Shown here one piece after another: positions 16,341 through 32,417 of a stretch of DNA of 64,000 nucleotides. Below the pieces are notes generated by a model that saw nothing but the letters and a program-made list of their open reading frames with translations, was not told where the DNA came from and ran no database searches. Numbering within the stretch: position 1 is the first letter of the stretch; each line of letters starts with the position of its first letter. The position numbers were made by a program, and so were the translations under genes. Location: NCBI RefSeq assembly GCF_009914755.1, contig NC_060928.1. One strand, 5' to 3'. The stretch is from the human T2T-CHM13v2.0 reference genome, Homo sapiens.

Positions 16341-18464
16341 TACATGAAAATTCTATTCATCTCACTAGAATTTTTATCTTTAGCATTGTCCTATGTCACT
16401 AAAAGTCTATTATAAACATTATCAGTGGCTTCATAATGTTGTACTGTACTGATGTATTATAATTTACTCAATGATTCCCCCATCACTGAGAAACTGTGGT
16501 TACTTCCAATTTTCTACCTTTAAAAATAGATCTGCTATAGACATCTCTGCATATAAGTCTTTGCCCACATGTTTATTTTCCAAGGACAGATTCCTAAAAG
16601 AATTACTACGTCAATAAACATGTTGGGCGAATAAAGTAGTCAAATTGCCATTTTGCCTAATTAGCTGTTTTTTCTTGCTTTTATGCCTACAAAGTTTCTC
16701 CCCAACCCAAGGACAAACAAATATTCTCCTAGATATTTCTGGATTTAATTTGACATTTAACTTATATTATATATATATGAACTTTGTTTTGATGTGTGAA
16801 ATGAGCGATACTTTTTCTCCAAATAGCTAACCAATTCCAAAACCATCAGTTAAATAACTTATCCTTTTCCCACTGATTTTTGCTTCTTCTTACATATATT
16901 TTCCCTTGTTGGTTTATTCTTTCGTCAGGAGGCAGTGAAACTTTGGGGAGAAAAGATAACAGGCTTAACACTGTAACTGCTGAATTTAAGATGTTTATGA
17001 ATCATTCAGATGGAAATATATAGTAGGACACAATAGATATAGGTTTCTTGCCTAAAAGAGAGAGGGGAGCTTTATTTGAGGGTAAAAAGATTACTCAGGG
17101 GAACACAGGTAACAGAAGAATTGAGAGCCAAAGAATAGGGCATGGGAAACCAACATTTCAGGGCTGAGTGGCAGAACACAGCCATGTGAGAAGGCACAAT
17201 CAGCCAGGTAGAGGGCGGGGAAGAAGCAGGAGAGAAGGGAGCAATATAAGCCCTGCGCAGAAAGAGTTTCAAGTATCATCATGAATCACACTTACACTTT
17301 GGTTTACTTGACCAAAACAATAACATAATGTTCTACTAAAATCCTCGGAAGCACAAACATATTCTCAAATTATTGGTTTCTTATGAATGGAGTTATAAGC
17401 AGAGTCTGGCTATCAGAGCATGTTTATACATCTCCATAGGGCTTAGGGGAAGGACAACTGTCTAAAGGTTTTAGTGTATTTTAAATCTATTTAGAGGTAA
17501 ATCAAAAGATTTTGAAATGTTTTGAATGGCAATGCTTAATTCTGGGAGTTTGGGTATAATGTTGCTCACGTACAAAATGAGGTCCCTTAAAGGCAGAAAC
17601 ATTTCTGAAGAAGAGGTAGATCTCCTCTGTCTACAGAATAACCCATCTAGGCTACTTAAACCATAAGCGTTGTAGGCTCTGAAGAGGAAAACAAATCCTA
17701 GCTCATACAAAACTGTATTTCCAGACTTTGTCTGCCATTTAATTAATGTAAGCCAAGCTCTCAACACTCAAATGTCCCAAACACCTTCACTGTGTTATTG
17801 ATATGCTTATCAGTGAACAAGCACCTTCTTTTTTGGTGCATGACAAGTTTTACAAAGCAATTAAAATGTTGGCATTTTAATTATTTTGAATTTTTCTAAT
17901 TTGGTCTAATTTTTGACCAAATTTAGGTACAGCTGGAGAGTCTATATACAGAAAACATGCTTATCTGCAAATGGACCTGTTTCTAAAGTGAACTGTAATA
18001 AGTATGGCCTGATAGCCATCACATTCACAGCTGGAAAAACCTAGGATGAACTCAGAGCTTATGCCTAATCTCTTGATAATTAACTACAACATGGGAAAAA
18101 AATGTTTTGAATCTGGAAGGGAAAATGTAGAGGTGTTATGACAACTTGCCTTCCATTTTACAATAAATATTATTGTATCTCTACTATATCTGAATCTCTG
18201 CCCAAAAAAGATGTCATATATTTATAACCAAAATATTCACTCTTCTCAAATAAACAAAAAATCTTTCCATAGATAGATCTCTAAGTCAGAGAGAGAGAAA
18301 GAGGGCACACCTCCACATCTATCTTCTCCCAGAGGGACCCAGCAGCAAATCAAAGGTGATCCTTGATATGGTCTGCAGGGAAGGGAGTCCTCCATGACAG
18401 AAAATGCGATAAGAGAAAAGTTCCAAGACAAAGATGCTGCCCCAATACAACCAAAGCTGAGTGA

Positions 18465-18878
<414 letters not shown>

Positions 18879-19329
18879 TCAACCAGCTTCCACTCTTATT
18901 TAAATGTTTGAGAGCATGGAATTTACCCATGACAATGTCTGCCTCTCCCCACCTTTGTCACCACCATGGATACACATTTCCTCCAAAGATGGCAGGAAAC
19001 CCCAAACACAGTTGATATTATAGGTCCTGGACAGACCATATGCTATTTATTAGCTAAAACATTTACTTGTTCCCTTCATACTTTTCTTAAAAATTCAACC
19101 AATTATATAAAAATATATGCCAAAAGTCTTGCTGATGAGTATACTGGGCCCAGTCATTCCATAGGATCAAGTAAAAATGAGTGGTTAAGTGAGTACAATA
19201 GTTAACTCACTGCATATTATGGCTGTTTTCTACATTATTGAGTGTTTCTTAATTTGCAATAACCACAATCATTACTGGCCTTACACTGTAAAATCATGTA
19301 ATATACACTGCTTGCTTTGAGTTGACTCC

Positions 19330-19680
19330 TCCTCCTCCTTCATTTATCTGCCTAAATTTTATTGGGCTTCTCAAATAGCTCAGGCCACCACCTCTTCAGT
19401 AACCCTTCCTTAACCTAAAGTACCCCTACTTCAATTTCTCACAACAGTCCTTTCTTTTACTGAATTAGTTGTCCCTCCTCTGGGTTTCGAAATCATCCTC
19501 TGCATATTACCTTCAAAGAAGGAATCACACTGTTCTCTGTTTGTTTATAAGACACATCTCCCCTACTAGTTTTTGAACTCCTTAAAGGCAAGGATCATCT
19601 TTATGACCCAGCTCAAAGCCCAATGTCTGGTATTAGTAGACATGCTAAAATGTTTGTGAAGTGATGAATACATGTATGAA
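19330..19680 (+). mobile_element. L2 3' fragment
   Basis: CTACTAG..GAACTCCTTAAAGGCAAGGA..ATGTTTGTGAA..TGAAT. Confidence 0.55.
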
Positions 19681-19822
19681 TATATTCAGACTTAGAAACA
19701 GCATCACAGAGATGGGTCTTCAGAAAACATTTAATATATCCCGCTTCACCCAAAACTCCCTAAATAAGTATTTCCAAAGAGTTGTGTTATTATTAAAACA
19801 AGAAAATAATTTTCCATGTTCA

Positions 19823-22357
<2,535 letters not shown>

Positions 22358-22529
22358 TTAGAGTGTGAGCGCTTGATGCTTGGTGCTAAAGCGTGGCCGG
22401 GATTTTATAACCCAGTTAACCTTGCAAGGGGAAGTAAATGACCTTGACAGCTCAGCAGAGACTTCCTCAGCCCCCAAACCCAATCCGTTATATTCTCTGT
22501 CTACTCTCCTGCTTCACTCAGCAATTTGT

Positions 22530-23440
22530 GCGTTAATGCAACAAATACTTATTTGCATGCCTACCGTAATGCCAGGCTCAGTTCTCTTAGGCACTGTAGT
22601 TACTGCAGAGATCAAGACAGTTATGGCCCGCATGTTCATGGAGCTTACATTCTAAAGAAGGGAGACATACAGAAGTTAACAAAAATAAGATACTTCCATA
22701 TAGGTAGTAAGTGCTATGTTTAAGCAGAGGTAATTGGAGACAAACAGCCCTAGATTGAATGTTCATGTACATTTTAACCTCCTTTTTATTATTGGCCAGT
22801 ATCAGAAACACACTCCTTATATGCTAGGAGCAGATACCATCGTCCCAGCGGACTTCCTTCATTTTCCTGTGTCAAAACTAATACCCCTTGTTAAAACTGC
22901 CACCGATTTCTTGTGTTTGAACACAGTCTAGAATAGTCATTTAGCCACTCTCTATTTCATCACCCGACTTTGATTGTCCTCGTAGTGCTTTTGACTGCCT
23001 GATGTTTATCTTCTATTTCCACAAATTCCTCGTCTGTCTTATTCACTACAGTACAAAGTAGGTTCCTTAAAAATATTTGTTGAATAAAGTAGTGCAGTGT
23101 GGAGAATGCATTTGACAAAGGATGGAGTGGATGCCCTTTGGAGCAGTAATTGTTTAGGGGAGAGATGATGAGTTAGGGTGGTGGCAGAGCCAAAGAGAAA
23201 TGGATCTGTTTGAGATAGATATAGGAAGTAAAATTGAAGGACTCTGATGGATTGGATATGATGGTGGAAGGCTAGGAGAAACAAATAACTCCTGGATTTC
23301 TGGTTTGCACAACTGGCTGATGAAGTTATCCACCGAGATAAGGAAACCAGAAAAGGAACAGGTTTGCAAAGAAAACATATGAGTTTGGTTGCCTTGGAGA
23401 CATTCAAGAGGAGAAATCAAGTAGACATCAGTGATGCCTA
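22530..23440. mobile_element. Cluster of L2 fragments in both orientations
   Basis: CATGGAGCTTACATTCTA (-), AAATATTTGTTGAAT (+), GGATTTCTGGTTTG..GAGTTTGG (-). Confidence 0.6.
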
Positions 23441-26138
23441 ATTCTGAGTATAGAGCAGGGCAAGGGGAAAAGCTGCATATTTTGTATACTTCACATTGAT
23501 AGATTTTCAGTTATTGATCAATAATCCATTGATTAGTTGGCTGTAACCTTTGATCTTTTCCTTTAATACACTTCAATTGCATATCCATATGGAAGAAAGA
23601 AACTTTAGTTACTGTCCTTAAAATTGTCATCATTTATTTTTTCCATCTTTTCTACTTTTTCATCCACTATCACTGTTCTAAATTGCCACACCAGAAGTAT
23701 CAGTCATTTGACCAAGGATGAAAATGACAAAAATGACAGGGACTGGAAGGGAGTGGTGGAGACTTGTTCCAAAATTTCTCTCTAATTATTGCCCTTTATT
23801 TAAGGTTCAGATGATTCTCTAGATCCTTTACTAGAGTCTTCCCTCTGAGTTTCCATGTTTTCCACCTTTACTCTAGGTAAGCTAGCTTTCTTTTACTTAT
23901 TTAGCTCCTCAGGTTTTTCTGGCCCAGACTAGGGGTCAGGAGAGTTGCCTCTGAGCACAAAATGGCTTCACTTTTGTTAGGACAACAGAGGAGAATGGAA
24001 TCTTGTATCTCTAGCTAAAAAGAGAGGGGGACACTTGTTACCTCATCGCTGGTAATCAGCATCCTTAAAAGGCGATTCACTCCATCAAATGGAAGATTGG
24101 GAATGTTTTGAAAACCACTGTAAGGGAGAGCAACACATTTAATGAAAATCCTAATCTTACGGGTAAAACGCGCTATAAGGGAAGCTCATCTTTGTTTCTG
24201 AAGCGGTATTATTCAGTAATAGGCTATCGCCTCAAAGGCCCCACCCCACCACTAGAGGAGATAAAAATCCTACGCATGTAAGTGTATTTGCTTCCTTTCA
24301 CGAACGGAAACCGGCCAGTTTCCTGCATCTTGTCTCTATCTAATCATTGCCCTTTCAAAAATCCTATAGAACTAATCGTGGAAATAGAGACTTGTCAATA
24401 ACCATCTCTTTGGCTGTCCTCTCCCTCAAGACTATTTGTCATTTCCCGAAATGCCTGTAGTTTTCCTTGTGAAAACAGGAGCACTGTTTTCTGAGTGCTC
24501 CCCCTGCCTTGCTCCTTAGCTGGTCATACTCCCACCAAACCGCCTTCTGTGGGACCATTTCTAGCCTTCCTGCTGCATGCCAAATCTGATATCTGTCAGA
24601 ACTATTGCTGATAGACAGCTCTCCAGCTGCGAGAGCTATTTTGGTTGCACCGACAAGGTGGCTGTCATCTGGGAGACACAGAGATTTTCATTTTCAAGGA
24701 ACTCAGAAGGTAGCTGGGCAGAGTTTCTAGCAAAAACAACATTTTTCTTAGGGAGAGCCTCTCGGCTCTTATTTTATCCATATAATTGATACACAGTACA
24801 AATAGATTTAGAACAGGTTTTTAAAAAGCTATGTAAAGCAGAGCAGAATTTCGAGTCGTTACTTATAAATGGCAGTAGTTAGATGTGTCAAAATAACATG
24901 CTTGGTTTTGTTTAGTGCTCTTCAGTGGGTCTTTGAATGTCAGAGTTGGAATGAACTGGCTCACCTCTGCATTTGACTCAAAACTATGAATAAAACCACA
25001 TTGATTTCTGAACACAGATTACTTTTTCTCTCAAATCTAAGTTGTGCTTAATTGTAATCATTCCCTTTCACTAGTTCACGATGGGGGAAATAACATGAAT
25101 ACCCAATGTCCTAGGATAGATAGCTTCTTCAGCAATGTGGGTGCAATGTGAGGGGGTAATACAGGTGGTTCTAAGTTTCCACTTTTTAAATGAAATAAAT
25201 AATTTCAATAGAAACATTAAAATTGCAAGTAAAGTGAAAAAGAGACAGTTTCCACTATCCTGGCAATGTATGTCGAAATCTATTTGTATACATCTTTCCA
25301 GTTAAAATTGCATTAACTAATGTAGTCTTTGATTAACTACTTTTGTCCTGTGGAAACAAAGTCAATGCTTTAAAAGCATTTAGCAGGCTAATCAACAAAA
25401 TGCCCCTTGTAGTCTAACAGAGCTGGAAGCAGATGGTTATCTTAGTATTTCTTAGCACAGTTGTGAGCTTGATCCCTGTCTTTCTTGGCTGTGAGTTTCT
25501 ATGTGTTCTATGGCTATGGAACTCAGCCTGCTGTCTTGAAACTTTATGCCACATGGTAGAGACGGAAGATGGCTAGGTCAGTAGATATTCTCTTAAAAAA
25601 AGAGAAAGAAACCACAGCAGTAACAACAAAACCCACATAAGATAATGTACATATAACAGAAATTAATAGCATCATTTATGTTGTAACTAGAAGAGCTCCT
25701 GTTTTTGAGAAAGCATTCTGAAAACATGAAGTTCCTTCTTAGAAAAACTACATTTTAAAATCCAGTTAGGTGTCATTAGGGGAAAAAAGAAAGACTGGGA
25801 ATACATGCATGCTGAGCAATTGGGAAAACAGGATTCATTTCCTTTTATTTTACCATTAAAGTCTTGATTCTGATAAAATACTGATGCAGAGGGAATAATT
25901 GCTTTCTCTAGAAGATTGCTTTGCAGCAAAGAAATCTATGACTCCTTTTTCCTTTCCAGTGCAAGGAAATAGAACACCCTGTTCAATGTCCTTGAGAGAT
26001 GAAGGGCCATATGGGGAAGATGAGGCCAGCACATTGTTGCTATTATGCCTGGACCATAAACTGGAAGCTCTCTATGGTCTCCCTTCTTCTATCTAATCTC
26101 AGGGGATGGTTTGGATGGTTTGCTCTTTCCCCGGGCTT

Positions 26139-26158
26139 TTTCTAGAAATTTCTAGAAA
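26139..26158. promoter_or_regulatory. Perfect 4-unit heat-shock element
   Basis: TTTCT AGAAA TTTCT AGAAA (nTTCn nGAAn nTTCn nGAAn); also a 20-bp palindrome. Confidence 0.5.
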
Positions 26159-26950
26159 TCTGGCTACTCCCTCAGAGCCAACAAGAATGATGTGTAAGAA
26201 AGAAGCTCCACTTCCATACATCCTTTGCTTCATGACGTACTTGAAAGAAGATACTCCTGATTTGTAAGTAATGGGTGGTAGAACACGTTAAACTCCATGT
26301 TTCTGTAAACTGTGTTTTTGCATGTGGTCATATCCCTCTATGCACCAAGAAATTCTCTCTTTTGTGTTTTGGAATTCGATATTTGGCCTTCAAAGTTAGA
26401 GAGCTTGTACACACACACACACATCACCAAACACACACTTCTAAGCAGTAGCTTAATTCAGGAGCTCCAATAATAGAAACGTTTAGGTTTCAAAACAGAT
26501 GATGTTTTTGTATGTCAGATGGTTCTCCTGATTTTAAGCCTAAAGATGTTGAAAAGTGTGGCATTAAAGAACTCCACCACCAAGACACGTGGACTTTGAT
26601 GAGACCTTTCAGCGAATGAACTCCTACTTGATAATTGAAGGGAAGATGTATCAGAGTCCATCAGCATGGTACAGAAGAGAATGGAAGAGCTTATCTTACA
26701 CATCCTGCCCTGTAATTGGTGTCATTACCTATGCGTATCTGAACTGGTATCTCTGTATCTAGGCCACCCTTGAACCAAGAATGGATGGACTGCACAAAGC
26801 AATAAAGGCTGAACTCATGTTGGTGGTAGAGCCTTCAGGGCTCACCACAGTTTAATGTATAGCCGTTGAGAAGAAATTTAGTGCTCCATGAAGAAGTGCC
26901 AGATTGAATTAAAATCAAGCAACAATCAGATGAAACAACCACGGAGATAA

Positions 26951-26954
<4 letters not shown>

Positions 26955-26990
<36 letters not shown>
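26955..26990. repeat. (AG)18 microsatellite
   Basis: Read directly. Confidence 0.95.
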
Positions 26991-26995
<5 letters not shown>

Positions 26996-27615
26996 CCAGG
27001 GATTCATTAATACTAATTAGGGAAAGACCAGCACACACATTATTCATGTCTCCTTGGAGTCTGAGTCTAGATTCTAATTCAACAATAAGATTTTGATGAC
27101 TTGGCCTAGCAGTGATTTCAGTTGATGTGAATTCCACACTTACATCAGCTTGGCTACTAAAAGGCATTTTCATCCCCTCACGTATAGTAAGAATGAAGAT
27201 AAATGGTGTTAAGAATGGGACTGGATACTGTGTTTTTCAAAAGGCAAAAGAAAGTAAGAATACGTAAAATGCCTCTCTAGCAAACAGGAGCCTGTCTAGC
27301 CCAATATTCTATTTGTGTTTATTCCCTATAGCTGTTATCTTTCTTTTGGCTGCCGTAGCATACTGGTATGATATCTTTGGGAAACATTTTGTAGTACTTC
27401 AGAGAACGATGAATTTTAACATTTTACATGGGTTTATTAAATAAATGCATTATCTTCTACTTATTGCATTGAAATACACAATCTCATGAAATGTTCTCAT
27501 CGTTTATGAGGGCAGTTTGACATTTCACAATCTCTTAGAATTTAGTGTCTTTAGCAAATGTCAAAATGAAAAATCTTGAGTTTAGGAAAGAAAACATTTG
27601 CCTTGCTTAGTTCTC

Positions 27616-28158
27616 TAGTGGTCCCCAACCTTTTTGGCACAAGGGACCAGTTTCGTGGAAGACAATTTTTCCAAGGACTCGGGGGTGGGGTTGTGGGGGA
27701 ATGGTTTTGGGATGATTCAAGTGCATTACATTTATTGTCTACTGTATTTCTATTATTATTATTATTACATTGTAATATGTAAAGAAATAATTATACAACT
27801 CACCATAAGGTAGAATCAGTGGAAGCCCTGAGCTTGTTTTTCTATAGCTAGACAATCCCATCTGGGGGTGATGGGAGATGGTGACAGATCATTAGGCATT
27901 AGATTCTCATAAGGGGCATGCAACCTAGATCCCTTGTGCGTGCAGTTCACAGTAGGGTTTGTGCTCCTATGAGAATGTAATGCCGCTGCTGGTCCAACAG
28001 GAGGCACAGCTCAGGTGGTATTGTGAGTGATGGGGAGTGGCTGTAAATACAGATGAAGCTTCTCTTGCTCACCTGCCGCTCACCTCCTGCTGTGTGGCCC
28101 AGTTCCTAACACACTACAGACAAGTGTTGTTCGATGGTCCAGGGGTTGGGGACCCCTA
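27616..28158 (-). mobile_element. MER1A (hAT-Charlie MITE)
   Basis: GGTCCCCAACC...GGTTGGGGACCCC terminal inverted repeats; ~540 bp. Confidence 0.88.
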
Positions 28159-28836
28159 CCCTAGGCCAGCCATCATCTTAGGTACCTGAGGCCTTTTTCT
28201 TGGGATCTATGACTAGAGGATATTAGCTGCTCTGTAACCATCCCTCTTATAGCAATTCTGATTACTTCTCCAAGGAAGATCAAGAATATTTTGCAACTGG
28301 CCTACATTGTTTATTAACTCTTTCTAGAAACTTCTACTAGGCTTATCCTGAAGCCCTTGTGTTCTCTTTAGCCCACAGAGATATAAGGTATCACTTATTT
28401 CAAAGTGATAATATCCTTTTGCATTGGTTTTATTGTACAGTGGATCAGATGAACTGTGGTTCTCACTGTGTAAGTTAACAGAAGTTGTCCATGAACTTGA
28501 AAAATAAAATTGAGTATGTGTTTTGGGTTGGAATTCTATGCCACCATTTAATCAAATCTTGTGTTTACTCTTTTTTCTTTTAAAAAATGCTGTTACTCAT
28601 TTTCAATTGTCAAGAAACAGCGAGCACAGAAATGGTAATTTTCACTCTGTCTGAAATACAATGTGGCCAGACAGGCCCAATTACAGAAAATCAATTAGTT
28701 TCTGTTACAAGAGTCATGTATCTGAGGTCTTGTTCTGTCTCCGGTTACTGTAGCTAATGTCCACTTCTCTCCAAAGGAATTCTTAGGAGAAAATCAACCA
28801 AAGACTTTTTTACTAGAGCAAAAACCTATAGGACCT

Positions 28837-28900
28837 AGACATTGAATCTTTGTCAATTAAGATAGAGACAGAAATAAATTTCTTCCTTGAATCACTTCCT
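28837..28900 (+). repeat. 64-bp direct repeat, copy 1 (probable donor)
   Basis: 63/64 identical to 30443-30506. Confidence 0.95.
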
Positions 28901-30399
28901 CTCTTCCTGTACTTTTAAACAACATACTCTTGAAAGAGAAGTTATCATTTAGTTTCTGAGACCTAAAATTTCCAAGTGTTACTTCTATATTATACTATCT
29001 ATGCCTTTTTGTATAAGGTAAAGACCATAATGCTTCTCAAGCACGTGGTTTCACATAAATCTGATCTATGTCATGAACTCTTCTCTTGATCTAAATCAAC
29101 TAACAAATTCAGTTGAACAAATATATCTAGGTCCAAAGTTTTTATTATTCATAATGTTCCTGTTTCATAGATTTACAGTTGCACATGGCTTCTAGGAAGA
29201 AAACACTGCCCCCACATTTCCTCGCTTTTCTCTTTTATATGCTTTTAAAGAGAGGGCTTTTGTTTGAAAGATTCATTTTGGTGTCATATAACTTCTTGAG
29301 TTACACCTAGGGAAACCCAAGACATCTAAAAATAGCAGCAACATGTTTTTTTTTGTAAAGATAAACAACACTAATTGCTGATTTCAGGATATTACTGATT
29401 TCACAATATTACTGGTTCCATTTTCCTCATTATAGAACAGGACAGCCATAATCAAGAAAAACTTCAATTAACATTAAAGATTGCACTTGTACCAAACTCG
29501 CACTTAAAGCACAGATGTAGAAGGATTGTTTCAAAGTGTTGTTAAGAAACATTAAACTTGTGGTAAGCCAAGTTATAACTTGTGTTATCTAGGGCCTATA
29601 ATTAATTTTTTAAAAATCAAAACACTTTTAAAAATAGTCTTGTGCATTGGATTCCAGCATGCTGCTGCTTTTTTGTAGAGGGATTTCTGTAAAATGCAAG
29701 TTTATTTATAGATTGCAAGTGACTCAAAGATGTTACAATATAAAAGAAAATGATACTCTTGAGTCTTTGTTTGGGGATGTTAGGGGCTGTCTTGGAATAC
29801 TCAGTTCACTCAGAAGATTGCTTTTAATCTGAAGCAAAAGAAATTTCATAAACTGAAATTGTTGGCCAGATGGAATTTCCTGATTAATTTTTTAGTGTTT
29901 GGTATTAAACATAATAATGAAAAGGGGAGTTCTGAGAGTAAACCCAATTAACATTTCATAAAATTTATTGCTCTAAATATGGCTTACCCTTTATCTTCCC
30001 AGATAACCTGCTGGTACCTTGAAAAACTTAACTGGTCAACTTCCCTCCTTCCTTCCCTTGCATTCCTTCCATTTCTTTGTCATTTAACTTTCTTTTCTTT
30101 TTTGTACTCTATTCATTGAGTCCTTGCAAGGCTACGGGCACCCTTCCAGGGCTTACGTTGTCCTATTCTTTATGGACCTTGGTAGAAAGACTATTTGTAG
30201 CAGTTTGTAATATTAAGTCCTGGCACTAGAGTGGGGTCCCTCTTGTTGTACAAGAGACTCTTAATACTATCTGTAATCATAGACTGGCTTGCACTTGGTA
30301 AAGCTAGTCTTTGTGATGTTGAGAGCAAAGGTGGATGTTCTCCCTATATTTTCTTTTCCTATTTATCACTTTTCTATGGTAGTTGGATATTCCCATTCA

Positions 30400-30432
<33 letters not shown>

Positions 30433-30554
30433 ATATATATACAGACATTTAATCTTTGTCAATTAAGATAGAGACAGAAATAAATTTCTTCCTTGAATCA
30501 CTTCCTTGGTAGAAAGAATATATATATATATATATGTGTGTGTGTATATATATA

Positions 30555-30590
<36 letters not shown>

Positions 30591-30608
30591 CATACACATA
30601 TAATATAG
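30400..30608. repeat. Compound (CT)n(AT)n...(AT)n(GT)n microsatellite interrupted by a 75-bp non-repetitive insert
   Basis: Read directly; insert at 30443-30517. Confidence 0.93.
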
Positions 30609-30852
30609 TCATTTGGATATGTGGGGATTGGAGAAACAACTTTTTGAAAATAAAATTTATCCTACCAGACTGAGATTTTTGGAGGGCAAGAACCATATCG
30701 TCCATGATTCAGTGTCCTTCCAATTCTCAGGGCTATACCAGCTGTGCTGGCCACCATCTACCCACCACTCCTGGGAACTATTTTCCCGTCCCCACCAAAA
30801 CCCATCCACATGGCTATGTTAAGAACTGCCAAGCTGAGCTAGTACTCCGTGC

Positions 30853-31020
30853 CAGGGCTGGCTACGTTATTTGTGAAATTCAGTGCAAAATTAAAATGCA
30901 AGATCACGTGTTCAAAAATTATTAAGAATATCTAGATGGCAGAAGCATTATGCCAAACATAAGACCCTTCTAAGCACAGGTCCCTGTGCAACCACACAGG
31001 TTTCATGCCCAGCTGTGCTG
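30853..31020 (-). mobile_element. MER91A-like (hAT-Tip100)
   Basis: CAGGGCTGGCTAC..CAGTGCAAAATTAAAATGC..GTTCAAAAATTATTAAGAAT. Confidence 0.75.
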
Positions 31021-32119
31021 ACTTTCCCACCTCCCACACCAGCCATGGTTTATCGAGTCCTAGGGGAAGAGAATATCTAACTCAGGTAAAACCAGAGACC
31101 TTTCTGGTTGATTTGTTTGTACCAGAACTAAGAAAAAAAGTGTCCCAGTTGGATAAAACTGGGGACCTATCAGCTGGCTTGCTTTCAGTCATGTGATGAA
31201 TGCCATTGACGGGCTGAACACACATCATTTCATTGTATCTCATGTGCTGGCAATGGCCCAAATATCACCTAAGGTACCAATAGTTTGCTAGTCTTTCTGT
31301 TGACCTGCAACTTATTGTCCACCAGCTTTGAGGCTCTGGAAGCTAGAACAGATAACCTCTTGAGCATTTTCCATTTCTGTGGTTCTCTGAACCTATGACC
31401 AGATTCTACAAAATGAACCTAATCTATAGCCATATATGTGTAAAAATGCAAAAGAGTTCTTGATTACTCATTTATCTTGGTTAAGGTTCATGGAACAGTC
31501 ATTTGCTTAGATCTTGATAGTGTGGTGACCGCTGAGATAAAAACAAAATGAAACAACAAAACAAAAATAACCTATCCTTTTAAAGCTAACCATCAGTCAA
31601 GGCAGTTTGTTAGCATTCCAACTGCAAGATGATTCTGAGTGCTTCCTTAGGGGAAAACCGCTTAAGGTCTAAGTAAAGAGGACCTCATACCCCAGGGAAC
31701 CTCCATCTTCACAGTTTCAGTCTCTTTCTCCTTTTCCCAATAGTATGACTCCCAGTAATTTTCTCAAAGAGGATTTACAAAACACTGGTAAATGAGTAAA
31801 GATCGGCTCCTGGCAGACCTCTTGTCTGGCATTCTTCAGGGAGCTAGCTTTAAAGGGAAACTTTAGGGGCAGGACACAGTCAGTGTTCATAGACCAGCAC
31901 CTGGGCTTTGGTATTTTCTGAGTTTTTTTTCTGTTACCCTATTAGACTCTTCAAGGAAAAAAAGAAGGATCAAGGTAAATCGAAGGGCTTAGATGAAATT
32001 CAGATTTAACAAGTGATTACTTCCCAAGTTATACACAGAAACTTGGGAGGAAATTAGCTGGATATTGTGTTATGTCAAGTGTTTTATAATAAAGATGTGT
32101 ACAGGTGGAAATCTATTCT

Positions 32120-32417
32120 AGCCAGGTGTGGTGGCTCACACCTGTAATCCCAACACTTTGGGAGCCTGAGGCTGGTGGATCACTTGAGCTCAGGAGTTTG
32201 AGACCAGCCTGGGCAACATTAACAAAACCCATCTCTACAAAAAATTGAAAAATCAGCTGGGTGTGGTGGCCTGTGGTCTCCGCTACTCTGGAGGCTGAGG
32301 TGGGAGAATCACTTGAGCCCAGAAGGCAGAGGTTACGGTGAGCTGAGAATGCGCCACTGCACTCCAGCATAAATGATAGAGCAAGACCTTGTCTCAAAAA
32401 GCAAAACAAAACAAAAC
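32120..32417 (+). mobile_element. AluJ
   Basis: Full dimer; TSD GAAATCTATTC at 32108-32118 and 32418-32428. Confidence 0.92.

Noticed and set aside
26519-26740. Coding-looking stretch after a possible acceptor (DGSPDFKPKDVEKCGIKELHH...)
   Set aside because: Stops within about 35 codons in both frames I translated, and no protein recognised; a tBLASTx search would be needed to exclude a pseudo-exon.
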